A DNA stretch of 64,000 nucleotides. Source: Candidatus Aceula meridiana (GTDB taxonomy: Bacteria; Omnitrophota; Gorgyraeia; Zapsychrales; Aceulaceae). Below, in pieces: positions 50,548-59,958 of the stretch. Position 1 is the first letter of the stretch. Every line of letters begins with the position of its first letter. The notes beneath the pieces were generated by a model. That model was not told the origin of the DNA, did no database searches, and worked only from the letters and a program-made list of their open reading frames with translations. Both the position numbers and the translations under genes were made by a program. The stretch covers positions 42,975-106,974 of the forward strand of contig JAVCDE010000024.1 in assembly GCA_030765185.1 (NCBI GenBank). The letters run 5' to 3'.

Positions 50548-52419
50548 TTATGCCTTCTTAGGAAGTTCGAAAATAAACTTTGTTCCAACTCCCTCTTCAC
50601 TTTCTAGCCAAATCTTTCCACCATGCAGCTCAACTAAACCTTTTGAAATAGAAAGGCCTAAGCCCGTCCCTTTGGTGCCTACATCAATTTTATGCCCAAA
50701 CTGCTGGAACTTACTAAAAACCTTAACCATGTCTTCTTTAGAAATGCCTGGGCCAGAATCTTCCACCATACATCTAAGATGATCGCCTTGGTCCTCGGCA
50801 GAAACTTCAATAAATCCCTTGGAGACAAATTTTAATGAATTCCCAATCAAATTAATAAAAACTTGAATCATCTTATCTCTATCTGCCTCAACAATAAGCT
50901 CTTCACTTGAAAAACGAGTCTTCATCTCTAAGTCATGGGCTTTAGCCTGCTCCTCAAAACCCTGACAAACTTCTCTAATCACAACAGTAATATCCATAGG
51001 AGCTTTACGCAATTCAACTTTACCGGCTTCAATCTTTGATAAATCTAAAAGGTCATTAACCATCGTTGTTAACCGATTCACATTACTCAAAGAGAGGTGC
51101 AAAAGCTTTTCAGTAATCTCTTTAGTGTTGCGGGTTTTTTCATCTAGAAGCTGAGAAAGGCTCCCCTTGATAATTGACATCGGAGTCCTCAGCTCGTGTG
51201 AAACCATGGAAACAAATTCGCTCTTAAGTTGATCTAATTTCTTCAGCTCTTCCTTCTGCTTTTCTAAAATTTTATTCTTTTCTTTAAGCTGCGAGGTAAT
51301 CATAGCTAAAACTTTAGTCATCTGATTAAAAGCACGCGACAAATCTCCAATCTCATCCTGATTCTTAACTGTTGCAGTTGCTTGGTAATCACCACGAGCG
51401 ACTTGAAGCGAAGCGTCACGAATTCTTAAGATCGGAACCACAAATTCCTGACTCGCAAGATGAACAAGAAATAAAACTAAAGGGATCAAGACGGCAAACA
51501 CCATAATAATTCGATTTCGAAAAACAATAACAGGAGCTAAAGCTTCGTTCGCTTCAACCTCCGTTAAAACACACCACTGTTGATCTGGAAGATAATCTTG
51601 AACACCCAAAACCTTACGACCTCGATAGTTGCGGTATGTCGAGGGCGCTTTTTCTCCTTCAAAACAGGCTTGACTTCCTTTTGTATTTACCGTTAAATTT
51701 AAAACAGCATTAGGCTCAAAACGTGACTCTGTAATCATGCGTTGCTTGCTATCAATAATATAAGTTTCTCCAGTCTTACCTAATCCTTCTTGAGCTTCAG
51801 TAATATCATTTAAAATCTTAGCCGTAGTTTTCAAAAAAACAACTCCGGAGTAATCCCCAGTATCCCAATTACGAACCCCTTCCAAAATTGTTAAAAACTT
51901 CTCCCCGGTAAGCTCATCTCGCTCAAATCCTTTAAAATAAGCCCCCTTCTCATAAAGAATTGTTAGAAATTTAAAAGGCATGCGCTTGCCGATGAGTCTG
52001 CGATTTGTGTTGGCAACGATCTGCCCGTGAATATCCCAAACACTAATATTCTCGATTGCTGACCCTTTATCAATATAGCGATAGTCGCTGCGCGGAGTTT
52101 TTTTAATTTCTTGAAAAACAGATTCAACACTTTTTTGAACCAAATCAATAATACGTGGAGAATTGGACCCTTGTGGATTAAGCTGACGAATAGCATAAGT
52201 CCCTGCGAGTTCTTTCGCCTGCTCCTGACGCAATTGAACAAAATGATTGATGTGCGCGACGCGTGAATCATTAATAGCATGCAAATTGCCAAGCGTGCTT
52301 TGTTTTAACTGGTCTTTAATGTGGAAATAATTAAAGAAAGTAATAATTGAGAGAGGGATAACAGAAATTAAAACAAGTGTGATAAAAAACTTTGAACCTA
52401 ATTTTAGATTTTGAAACAT
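50548..52419 (-). CDS. Sensor histidine kinase (Cache, HAMP, HisKA, HATPase)
   Basis: 2 TM, GKTGETY, DEIGDLSRAFN, SHELRTP, NL.GNSLKF, DSGPGI, GTGLGL. Confidence 0.94.
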   Translation of the reverse strand: MFQNLKLGSKFFITLVLISVIPLSIITFFNYFHIKDQLKQSTLGNLHAINDSRVAHINHFVQLRQEQAKELAGTYAIRQLNPQGSNSPRIIDLVQKSVESVFQEIKKTPRSDYRYIDKGSAIENISVWDIHGQIVANTNRRLIGKRMPFKFLTILYEKGAYFKGFERDELTGEKFLTILEGVRNWDTGDYSGVVFLKTTAKILNDITEAQEGLGKTGETYIIDSKQRMITESRFEPNAVLNLTVNTKGSQACFEGEKAPSTYRNYRGRKVLGVQDYLPDQQWCVLTEVEANEALAPVIVFRNRIIMVFAVLIPLVLFLVHLASQEFVVPILRIRDASLQVARGDYQATATVKNQDEIGDLSRAFNQMTKVLAMITSQLKEKNKILEKQKEELKKLDQLKSEFVSMVSHELRTPMSIIKGSLSQLLDEKTRNTKEITEKLLHLSLSNVNRLTTMVNDLLDLSKIEAGKVELRKAPMDITVVIREVCQGFEEQAKAHDLEMKTRFSSEELIVEADRDKMIQVFINLIGNSLKFVSKGFIEVSAEDQGDHLRCMVEDSGPGISKEDMVKVFSKFQQFGHKIDVGTKGTGLGLSISKGLVELHGGKIWLESEEGVGTKFIFELPKKA

Positions 52420-52463
52420 ATTTTTATAGTTGGCCCTTTAAAGGTGACGACGCTCTCTAAAAA

Positions 52464-52844
52464 CTACTCCTTCTCATCCTTAATATGGAGAGCAGTTTTG
52501 ATTCTTTGATAAAGATCTTCTAAGTCATAAGGTTTTTTAATGTAATCTTGAACCCCGGCATGCAACACTTGATGAATTAGGGCCTCATCCTCCGATCCGG
52601 ATAAAACAATAACCGGAACCATTTTTGTATTTACAGACATCTTAATATTTTTAAGAATTGTCAATCCCCCTCCGGCAGGCAAATTGATATCGAGAATAAT
52701 CAAATCTGGTTTTATGCTATGTGTCAACGCTGTTCCCTGGATTGCATCATGCGCCACGGAAACTTCAAACCCCTTAGATTCCAAATTCATCTGTAAAACT
52801 GTTGAAAGATCAATATCATCTTCAATAATAAGAATTTTATGCAT
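52464..52844 (-). CDS. Single-domain response regulator
   Basis: ILIIEDD, LDINLP, DYIKKP; no output domain. Confidence 0.9.
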   Translation of the reverse strand: MHKILIIEDDIDLSTVLQMNLESKGFEVSVAHDAIQGTALTHSIKPDLIILDINLPAGGGLTILKNIKMSVNTKMVPVIVLSGSEDEALIHQVLHAGVQDYIKKPYDLEDLYQRIKTALHIKDEKE

Positions 52845-52860
52845 GAACAACACCTCTTTT

Positions 52861-53241
52861 TTAATTCTGCCCAATAAGATATTTATTAACTTTTGTAATT
52901 AACTCATCGACATCAAAAGGCTTTGCAATAAAATCAGTGGCACCATAAAAATCGTAAGCCTTATTAATAAAATCTTTTTCCATCGGCTGCGCCGTAAAAA
53001 CAATAACAGGAAGATGCTTAATTTCATCATCCAAGCGAATTTCATCACAAACTTGGTAACCATCTTTGTGGGGCATCGCGATATCTAGCATGATTAAATC
53101 CGGCATCTCTTTCTTAATATCTTCTATCGCATTCTTCGAGGAAGAAAATGTGACAACCTCATAGCCATTCTCTTTAAGCCGTGCTTCTGTAACTTTTAAA
53201 ATATCAGGCTCATCATCAAAAATTGCAATTTTTTTTGCCAT
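52861..53241 (-). CDS. Single-domain response regulator
   Basis: IFDDE, LDIAMP, FTA, FIAKPF; no output domain. Confidence 0.9.
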   Translation of the reverse strand: MAKKIAIFDDEPDILKVTEARLKENGYEVVTFSSSKNAIEDIKKEMPDLIMLDIAMPHKDGYQVCDEIRLDDEIKHLPVIVFTAQPMEKDFINKAYDFYGATDFIAKPFDVDELITKVNKYLIGQN

Positions 53242-53273
53242 TGTAAGTCCTCCGTCTATTTTTATATTTTAAG

Positions 53274-54224
53274 TTATTCAACATCTGTATCAACAAGACT
53301 TTCATAAAATTCACGATAATTCTCCTTCTTGTCGCTGCCTCGAAGCGCCATAGCAGCCCGTGGATGTTCGTTGAGCATGCCCGCGATAGCGTAAGGAATA
53401 ACATATCCCCACTCAATCTTATCGCGCAAAGGAATAAATTCCTTAGAAATAACATCTAAAATAGGACGAATATCAAACTTAGGGTTCTTTAAAAAGCCAA
53501 TTAAAAGCTCTAAAGGACAATTGCCAGCGGCGCGCCCTATCCCATAAATCGTCGCGTCTAAAAAATTCGTGCCATGAATAATCGCTTCAATGGTGTTGCT
53601 AAACGCCAACTGTTGATTGTTGTGTCCATGATACCCTATCTCTTTAGTTTTGATAATATCTTTAGCCTGCTTAATAAGCTCTTCAACAGACTCTTGGTAA
53701 AAATAACCAAAACTATCCACAATATAAATGGCCTTGGCTGGACACTCTTTTTCAGTTTGATGAAATGCTTCAACAAGGGCAGGGCCCTGATCACGGGAAA
53801 CCGCCATGATATTAATGGTGGTCTCGTATCCCTTTTTATCAAATTCTTGAGTCATGACAATCGCTTTATCAATATCTTTAACATAAGAAGCTACACGAAT
53901 CATATCGACAGGGCTATCTTTCGCAGGCTTAACATCTTCCATATCTACGCGTCCGATATCAACCATAACAGAAATCTTAGCTTTTGATTCAACGCCATCG
54001 ATGACCTTATGAATCACATCATCTTCACAAAATTTCCATAGACCGTATTCCTTTGAAGAAAAAAGCTTCTTAGAATTCTTATAGCCTAACTCAATATAAT
54101 CAACTCCGGATTCCGAAAGCGCTTTGTAAACTTCTCTTACGAAGCGAAGATCAAAATCATGATTATTAATTAATCCACCATCTCGAATCGTACAATCTAA
54201 AACTTTAATTTCTTCTCGGTACAT
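53274..54224 (-). CDS. DRE-TIM metallolyase (HMGL-like / 4-hydroxy-2-oxovalerate aldolase-like)
   Basis: DCTIRDGG, VDSFG, HGHNN, GIGRAAGN. Confidence 0.85.
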   Translation of the reverse strand: MYREEIKVLDCTIRDGGLINNHDFDLRFVREVYKALSESGVDYIELGYKNSKKLFSSKEYGLWKFCEDDVIHKVIDGVESKAKISVMVDIGRVDMEDVKPAKDSPVDMIRVASYVKDIDKAIVMTQEFDKKGYETTINIMAVSRDQGPALVEAFHQTEKECPAKAIYIVDSFGYFYQESVEELIKQAKDIIKTKEIGYHGHNNQQLAFSNTIEAIIHGTNFLDATIYGIGRAAGNCPLELLIGFLKNPKFDIRPILDVISKEFIPLRDKIEWGYVIPYAIAGMLNEHPRAAMALRGSDKKENYREFYESLVDTDVE

Positions 54225-54384
54225 GTTTTTCTCCTCAATGAGGGCGTAGTTTGTGAAACGAAGCGCTCAAAAACTGCATGCCCTAATTGATCCCATTTTT
54301 TCGCAAAACGAAAAATCGGGACAACTAGTATAAATATTAATATATAAATATTAAGATCTATTGTAGGGGCAGAAAAGAATTCTG

Positions 54385-54690
54385 TCAATTCCCAACTGCG
54401 CTTGATTTAAAATAAAGTTTTTTGTAAGCACAACGATCGTCACCTGGCCAATTCTTGTTCAAGATCTCCCGCAAAGGAACACAGCGAAACACCCTGCCTG
54501 CTTTTGTTTTGTGAAGTCCGAAACGATTGTCGTAGATGTTACAGATATAAATCCCTTTTTCTTTTTCGCTTAAATGCTCGCAGGGGTCTTCATCTTTGAT
54601 ACCACAACACATCCCGCAAAACTGGCAATAAGCTTCCCAATCACGTTCCTTCTCTGCTTGCAACTTTTGATAACGCTCTTGATCGTCCAT
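54385..54690 (-). CDS. Small Cys-rich CxxCxxCC (YkgJ-like) protein
   Basis: CQFCGMCC, PCEHL, CNIYDNR, CAY. Confidence 0.7.
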   Translation of the reverse strand: MDDQERYQKLQAEKERDWEAYCQFCGMCCGIKDEDPCEHLSEKEKGIYICNIYDNRFGLHKTKAGRVFRCVPLREILNKNWPGDDRCAYKKLYFKSSAVGN

Positions 54691-54710
54691 AATGTTATCG
54701 AAAAAATGAT

Positions 54711-57614
54711 TTAAATTTGTGTCTTAGGGCAAATTTGACTATAAGCACAATATTGGCAGGCATTGAAGTTTGGCCGTGCGTCAAAGATACCCTCCCGAAT
54801 TCCTTGAGATGCCTCCTGCACAGCTTTAAGAACTTTTTCGATATCTTTTGGTGAGGCCTCAGCACGCCCAACTAAGCCAGTTTCTAAAAAATGCAGCTCC
54901 TTATAACTAGGAAGCGCTCCTGTCATCTTTTCATAAGCTAAGCTATAAAGGCTTAATTGTAAATTAGCCTTTGTCTTTTCGTCAGCCTGCTTCTGAGTCT
55001 TAACTTCCGATGATTTAAAATCAATAACGGTCGCGCCTTTTTCAGTCACATCAACACGATCCCAGCGGCCAACAACGCGATTATTTTCAATCATGAAAGA
55101 AAATTCTTTTTCAACATACGAAGGAACGATTCTCAACTTTTCCTGCTGTTGATAAAAGTAACGCAAGGCCTTATCTGCGGCCTTAACACGCATATCAATA
55201 TGTTCTTTAGATAAAAAACCTTCACGCGCAAAAGAATTTCTAAAGGCGTCAACAACTTCGTCCGCAGTAACCGCCTGCCCATCCATCTTTCTCTGATGAT
55301 ATAACTGAACGGCATCATGAAGCGCCTTGCCGTAAGCCACAGTATGATGCTGCATAATGGGAACGTTTAAAATATGCACGTATTTATATTTCAAAGGACA
55401 AGTTTGATAATCATCGATTTGATAATAGCTAAGTTTTAAAATCTCCTCTTTATTAATTTTCTTAACAACCCCTAAGATAGGTGTTGCCGCAGGAGCGTGA
55501 CGTTCGATAGCTTCAATGGCGCTAGATTTAATAATTTCGATTTCGCGTTCTTCTTCAACCGCCTCCTTGACAAAACGGCTGACCTTGCGCATTTGCTTAG
55601 TTCCATAATCAAGTGCTGACGTTAAAAAGAGATTGTCTTTCGCGCGTGTCATCCCCACATAAAACAAACGCCTCTCCTCTTGAATATGAAAATCTCCTAA
55701 AGGAAGGATATCTTTGATAAGCTCTTTAGGAAGTTCAATTGGCTCGCTGCGCCTAGGCCACGGAAACTTTTTTTCCACCAAGCTCACGAGGAAAACAACA
55801 GGAAACTCTAAGCCCTTCGCCTTATGCAGCGTCAAAATATTAATCGCTGGCGTGTCCATCTCAGCCTCGGCAACAGCTGGGTCATCTCCCACGTTAATCA
55901 ACATATCAAGATAACCTACAAAATATAAAACCCGATCTTCCGTTGTGACATATTCGAAATTTTTAACAATGTCAAAAAACCGAGCAATGTTGCGCATGGT
56001 TTCGTCATTTTTAGCGGTTTCTTCTTGAAGCAAATGATTTAGATATCCAGTGTCTGATAAAAAGTTATATAACAGGCGGCCGGTTGGTTCTTGACGAGCA
56101 ATATCCATAAAAGACTCAAGACTCTCGAGCATCTTATCTTTTCTCCCTAGAAAATCTTGCGACAGGTCTGCCAAATCTTTTATCCTCACGACGTTCTTTA
56201 ATGTATAAAATAAATCCCATTGTTTACGCTTAGCAAAATGCATCGCACGCGTTAGATCAACAGCTTCAAGTTGATAGACCCAAGAGGTGGCAAGATAAAA
56301 CAAGCTTAAAGAGTCTGCAGGATTTGCTAAAACTCTTAAGAACGCAATGCATAGCCTTACCTCCGGCCGAGAATAAAGCCCCTGATTACCGCTAAACTGC
56401 CACGGAAGCCCACGCATATTAAGCGAGCGAATAAAAGGATCTGCTGTATTGTTTGATCTAACGAGAATAGCAAAATCATTGTAATCATGTTTCTTTTCTT
56501 TAACCGCCTTATCAATATATTCGGCAACCCAATCAGCCTCTGATGACAATGTATCAAAATGCACGTGCCTTGGCGCGTCACCTTTTTTGTTTTGAGCCTT
56601 TAATCTTTTATTAATTTTTGCCTGAACTTCAAACCGGTCCGGATTATTATTTTGAATCAGTTGATACGCAGAATCCAAGATTAGCTGGCTCGAGCGGTAA
56701 TTCTCAACAAGCGCAATCTTTTCGGCCTTGGGATACTTCTTCATAAAATTAAAAATATTGCTAACCGCTGCCCCACGCCATTTATAAATCGATTGGTCAT
56801 CATCGGCGACCACCGTTAAATTCTTATTTTTTCCGGATAGCAGCTGAACCAATTCAAACTGCGCATAATTTGTATCTTGAAATTCATCCACTAAAACATA
56901 GCGAAATTGTTCTTGATAGTGTTTTAAAACACGCGGATGCTCTCGCAAAAGTTTAAGAGCCAAAAAAAATTGATTGGCAAAATCAAGCTTGCCTTCTTTT
57001 AAAAGAAGCGTCTGGTATTGATCATAACAACGGGCGAGTTCCATCTGGCGGTCAGCCTCTTCGGCTAACGCAGCGTCCTTTTTATCCTTCACAGATTCCT
57101 GTTTTAATTCTTGCGCAAAGCAAAAATATTCCTGTGGTGAGACATCTTCATCGCGCGCACGTGAAAAGAGCGAAATCATCGCGTCAACAAATTTTGTTGG
57201 ATTTCCTAGAGGACGAAAATGCTCGAGTTGAAAATTAAAAAGATGTTCCTGAAAGAATACAGCAGCTTGCGGACGCGTCAATACCTTAAAGTCCGGGTCG
57301 AGGCCCAGCTCCAAAGCGTTTTCGCGTAAAATCCTATCACCAAACGAATGAAAAGTAGAAATCCAGGTATCTGTAAATCCGTACGGCACAAGAATGTCTA
57401 CCTTCTCTTGCATTTGATAGGCAGCTTTATCGGTAAATGTTAAGGCAAGAATTTGAGAAGGGTTTACCTTCTTGTTGATAATAAGATTGGCAATGCGCTG
57501 GGTGATAACTGTAGTTTTTCCGGTACCAGCCCCCGCGATAATAAGCAACGGGCCTTTGTCATGCAGAACAGACTTCTTCTGTTCCGTATTTAGCTTGAAG
57601 GCATCAATATCCAC
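54711..57614 (-). CDS. UvrD/PcrA-like SF1A helicase fused to PD-(D/E)XK Fe-S nuclease
   Basis: AGAGTGKT, VDEFQD, QSIYKWRGA, NYRS, HKAKGLEF, EERRLFYVGMTRAK; CP.KY, GRWDRVD, IDFKS, QL.LY, CQYC.....C. Confidence 0.92.
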   Translation of the reverse strand: MDIDAFKLNTEQKKSVLHDKGPLLIIAGAGTGKTTVITQRIANLIINKKVNPSQILALTFTDKAAYQMQEKVDILVPYGFTDTWISTFHSFGDRILRENALELGLDPDFKVLTRPQAAVFFQEHLFNFQLEHFRPLGNPTKFVDAMISLFSRARDEDVSPQEYFCFAQELKQESVKDKKDAALAEEADRQMELARCYDQYQTLLLKEGKLDFANQFFLALKLLREHPRVLKHYQEQFRYVLVDEFQDTNYAQFELVQLLSGKNKNLTVVADDDQSIYKWRGAAVSNIFNFMKKYPKAEKIALVENYRSSQLILDSAYQLIQNNNPDRFEVQAKINKRLKAQNKKGDAPRHVHFDTLSSEADWVAEYIDKAVKEKKHDYNDFAILVRSNNTADPFIRSLNMRGLPWQFSGNQGLYSRPEVRLCIAFLRVLANPADSLSLFYLATSWVYQLEAVDLTRAMHFAKRKQWDLFYTLKNVVRIKDLADLSQDFLGRKDKMLESLESFMDIARQEPTGRLLYNFLSDTGYLNHLLQEETAKNDETMRNIARFFDIVKNFEYVTTEDRVLYFVGYLDMLINVGDDPAVAEAEMDTPAINILTLHKAKGLEFPVVFLVSLVEKKFPWPRRSEPIELPKELIKDILPLGDFHIQEERRLFYVGMTRAKDNLFLTSALDYGTKQMRKVSRFVKEAVEEEREIEIIKSSAIEAIERHAPAATPILGVVKKINKEEILKLSYYQIDDYQTCPLKYKYVHILNVPIMQHHTVAYGKALHDAVQLYHQRKMDGQAVTADEVVDAFRNSFAREGFLSKEHIDMRVKAADKALRYFYQQQEKLRIVPSYVEKEFSFMIENNRVVGRWDRVDVTEKGATVIDFKSSEVKTQKQADEKTKANLQLSLYSLAYEKMTGALPSYKELHFLETGLVGRAEASPKDIEKVLKAVQEASQGIREGIFDARPNFNACQYCAYSQICPKTQI

Positions 57615-57617
57615 AGA

Positions 57618-57806
57618 CTACGGCTTTTTTGTTGGCTTTTTGAATTTATTGAAAAAAGAACACTCGTATTTGCAGGCGATTTCTGGATAAGCACCTTTAA
57701 AATTTTCTGTACACGTATCCATACAAGAAAGGTATAAAATACTAACCGCTCGTATCGTAATCCAGATAATAATAACAATTAAAGCCCATAAAATTTTCCT
57801 TTTCAT
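57618..57806 (-). CDS. Small membrane-anchored Cys-containing hypothetical protein
   Basis: AGGAG RBS before ATG 57806; MKRK + TM + CMDTC...CKYEC. Confidence 0.55.
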   Translation of the reverse strand: MKRKILWALIVIIIWITIRAVSILYLSCMDTCTENFKGAYPEIACKYECSFFNKFKKPTKKP

Positions 57807-57983
57807 TTTAACTCCTAAATAAGAACATGATTTACGGATTCGCAAATGACTTAAATCATTCGTGCGAATTTATCCCGTTTTTCACAAGCGAAAGACCGGG
57901 ACTTCCCTGAATAAAATTCATTATAGCAAACTCTCGCATTGAAAAAAACCTGTTTTTAAAGCTGTTTCTCCATAAATTCTCGC

Positions 57984-58011
57984 TTGACAAACCGCCATTT
58001 TCCAGTATACT
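57984..58011 (+). promoter_or_regulatory. Sigma70 promoter of rpmB
   Basis: TTGACA-16 nt-TATACT. Confidence 0.7.
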
Positions 58012-58040
58012 TCTAATTCAAGTAAAAAGGAAAAATCATT

Positions 58041-58271
58041 ATGGCAAAAATCTGTGAAATATGTGGAAAGACCGCGACCGCTGGGCGTCGATACAAACGC
58101 CGTGGTATGGCTGTGCGAAAAGGCGGTGCAGGTCAAAAAATTGTCGGAAAATCCATCCGGACTTTCACTCCCAATCTTCAAAGCATTAGAATCGTCCTCA
58201 ACGGCGGCGTAAAAAAAACTTCTGTCTGCGCCAAGTGTATCAAGGGCGGCAAAATTACAAAAGCAGCCTAA
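58041..58271 (+). CDS. rpmB: 50S ribosomal protein L28
   Basis: MAKICEICGK, R.F.PNLQ, VCAKCIK. Confidence 0.94.
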   Translation: MAKICEICGKTATAGRRYKRRGMAVRKGGAGQKIVGKSIRTFTPNLQSIRIVLNGGVKKTSVCAKCIKGGKITKAA

Positions 58272-59956
58272 GCTTCTTTAGCTTCCTTAATATCTTTCAA
58301 TTCTAGTTGGACTACAGGTTCTTTCTTCCAATCATCTATAGAAACTTTGTAAGCAATATCTATTTGTTTGCCCTGATCGACTAGCGGGCGGTAGGCTTCC
58401 ATACCAAATCCAACGGCTGAAAAAATATTCTTTCCATCTGTAACCCAAAATTTTAAAGTACCACGCCCTAAAATCGCAGGCGGACTTTTAACTGTAAGCC
58501 GGCGAGAACAAAAAATAGGCTCTGGATTCGCTTCACCATAAGGCTCAAGTTTCTGCACAATATCTACCAACTTCATATTTACACTAGAAAGCTGAATCTC
58601 ACAATCTACAGAAAGACTTGGTGTTAAATCTTCCTGCGAAATCTTTTCGTGAGCAATTTCATTCATCCGCTCCTTAAAGGCTTCTAATTTTTCTTCGCGA
58701 ATGGTCACGCCTGCCGCATATTTATGTCCTCCGTAATTTTCAAGCAAATCCGCACACTCCGAAAGTGCATCAAATAAATGAAACCCTGCGATCGAGCGGG
58801 CAGACCCTGTTGCAATCCCCTCTTCCATCGCAAGCACAATACTCGGACGATAATAAGTGTCAACAACACGCGAGGCCACAATGCCAACTACCCCTTTATG
58901 CCACCCCTCTTTGCTCAAAATAATAATTCGGTCTTTTTGAAAATTAATTTGATCCTCAACCATCGAAAGCGCCTCCTCAATGATTGCGCCTTGTTTTTTT
59001 TGACGTTCCCGATTATGGTCTTCTAAAATCTGAGCAATATCTTGCGCCTCTTTTTCACTCTGGCTTAAAAGAAGACCTAAAGATTTCTCAGCCGAAGCAA
59101 TACGCCCCATCGCGTTGATACGTGGCCCTAGAATAAAACCAACATGTCTTGGGGTTATTTTTTTACCTATAATACGCGCGTTCTTCATTAAAGCCAACAG
59201 TCCAAAATTCTTTGTCCTTTGAATTTCCGGCAGCCCAATCTTCACAAAAATACGATTTTCACCCCGAAGTGGTACAATATCAGCAATTGTCCCTAGAGCG
59301 ACCAAATCCAAATCCTTCATGTAATCTTTCCCCAAGAGAGCTTGAGCGAGCTTAAATGTCACAGCCACGGCTGCTAAGCCCCCAAAAGGATAAGGACAGT
59401 CTTTACGCTTAGGGTCTACAACTGCCACAGCTCTAGGAAGACTCTCTGCGGCTTCATGGTGGTCAACAATAATAACATCAATCCCCTCTCTGCGCAGTGT
59501 TTCAACTTGATCAATCGCGCTAATTCCACAATCTACGGTAATTAAAAGCGTAACGCCCTGCTCTTTAGCTTTTTTAGCAATAGTGTGATTAAGCCCGTAT
59601 CCATCTTTCACCCGGTGCGGAATGTGCGTTAAAACATCAATACCCATTTTCTTTAAAGCATTAGTTAAAATGGTTGATGATGTTACACCGTCTACATCGT
59701 AGTCACCAAAAATCAAAACGCGCTCTTTGTTTTGCTTGGCCTGATTGATTCGCGCAACAGCCTTATCCATATCTTTTAAAAGAAAAGGATCGTGCAGGCC
59801 GCTGACATCACCCGAAAGAAAATCTTTTGCCTCTTGAGGGCTCTCAATCCCCCGATTAATAAGAAGCTGGGCAACAACAGGATGGACCCCAAGAGTGTCG
59901 CTTAAAGAAACTTGAAGTTTAGGGTTTGGGATTTTGACGAGCCATCTTTTTAACAT
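58268..59956 (-). CDS. recJ: Single-stranded DNA exonuclease RecJ
   Basis: GDYDVDG, TVDCGI, DHH, GTIADIVPL, GPRINAMGR, GSARS, GGH..AAG, LEPYG..NP.P. Confidence 0.97.
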   Translation of the reverse strand: MLKRWLVKIPNPKLQVSLSDTLGVHPVVAQLLINRGIESPQEAKDFLSGDVSGLHDPFLLKDMDKAVARINQAKQNKERVLIFGDYDVDGVTSSTILTNALKKMGIDVLTHIPHRVKDGYGLNHTIAKKAKEQGVTLLITVDCGISAIDQVETLRREGIDVIIVDHHEAAESLPRAVAVVDPKRKDCPYPFGGLAAVAVTFKLAQALLGKDYMKDLDLVALGTIADIVPLRGENRIFVKIGLPEIQRTKNFGLLALMKNARIIGKKITPRHVGFILGPRINAMGRIASAEKSLGLLLSQSEKEAQDIAQILEDHNRERQKKQGAIIEEALSMVEDQINFQKDRIIILSKEGWHKGVVGIVASRVVDTYYRPSIVLAMEEGIATGSARSIAGFHLFDALSECADLLENYGGHKYAAGVTIREEKLEAFKERMNEIAHEKISQEDLTPSLSVDCEIQLSSVNMKLVDIVQKLEPYGEANPEPIFCSRRLTVKSPPAILGRGTLKFWVTDGKNIFSAVGFGMEAYRPLVDQGKQIDIAYKVSIDDWKKEPVVQLELKDIKEAKEA

Positions 59957-59958
59957 GG

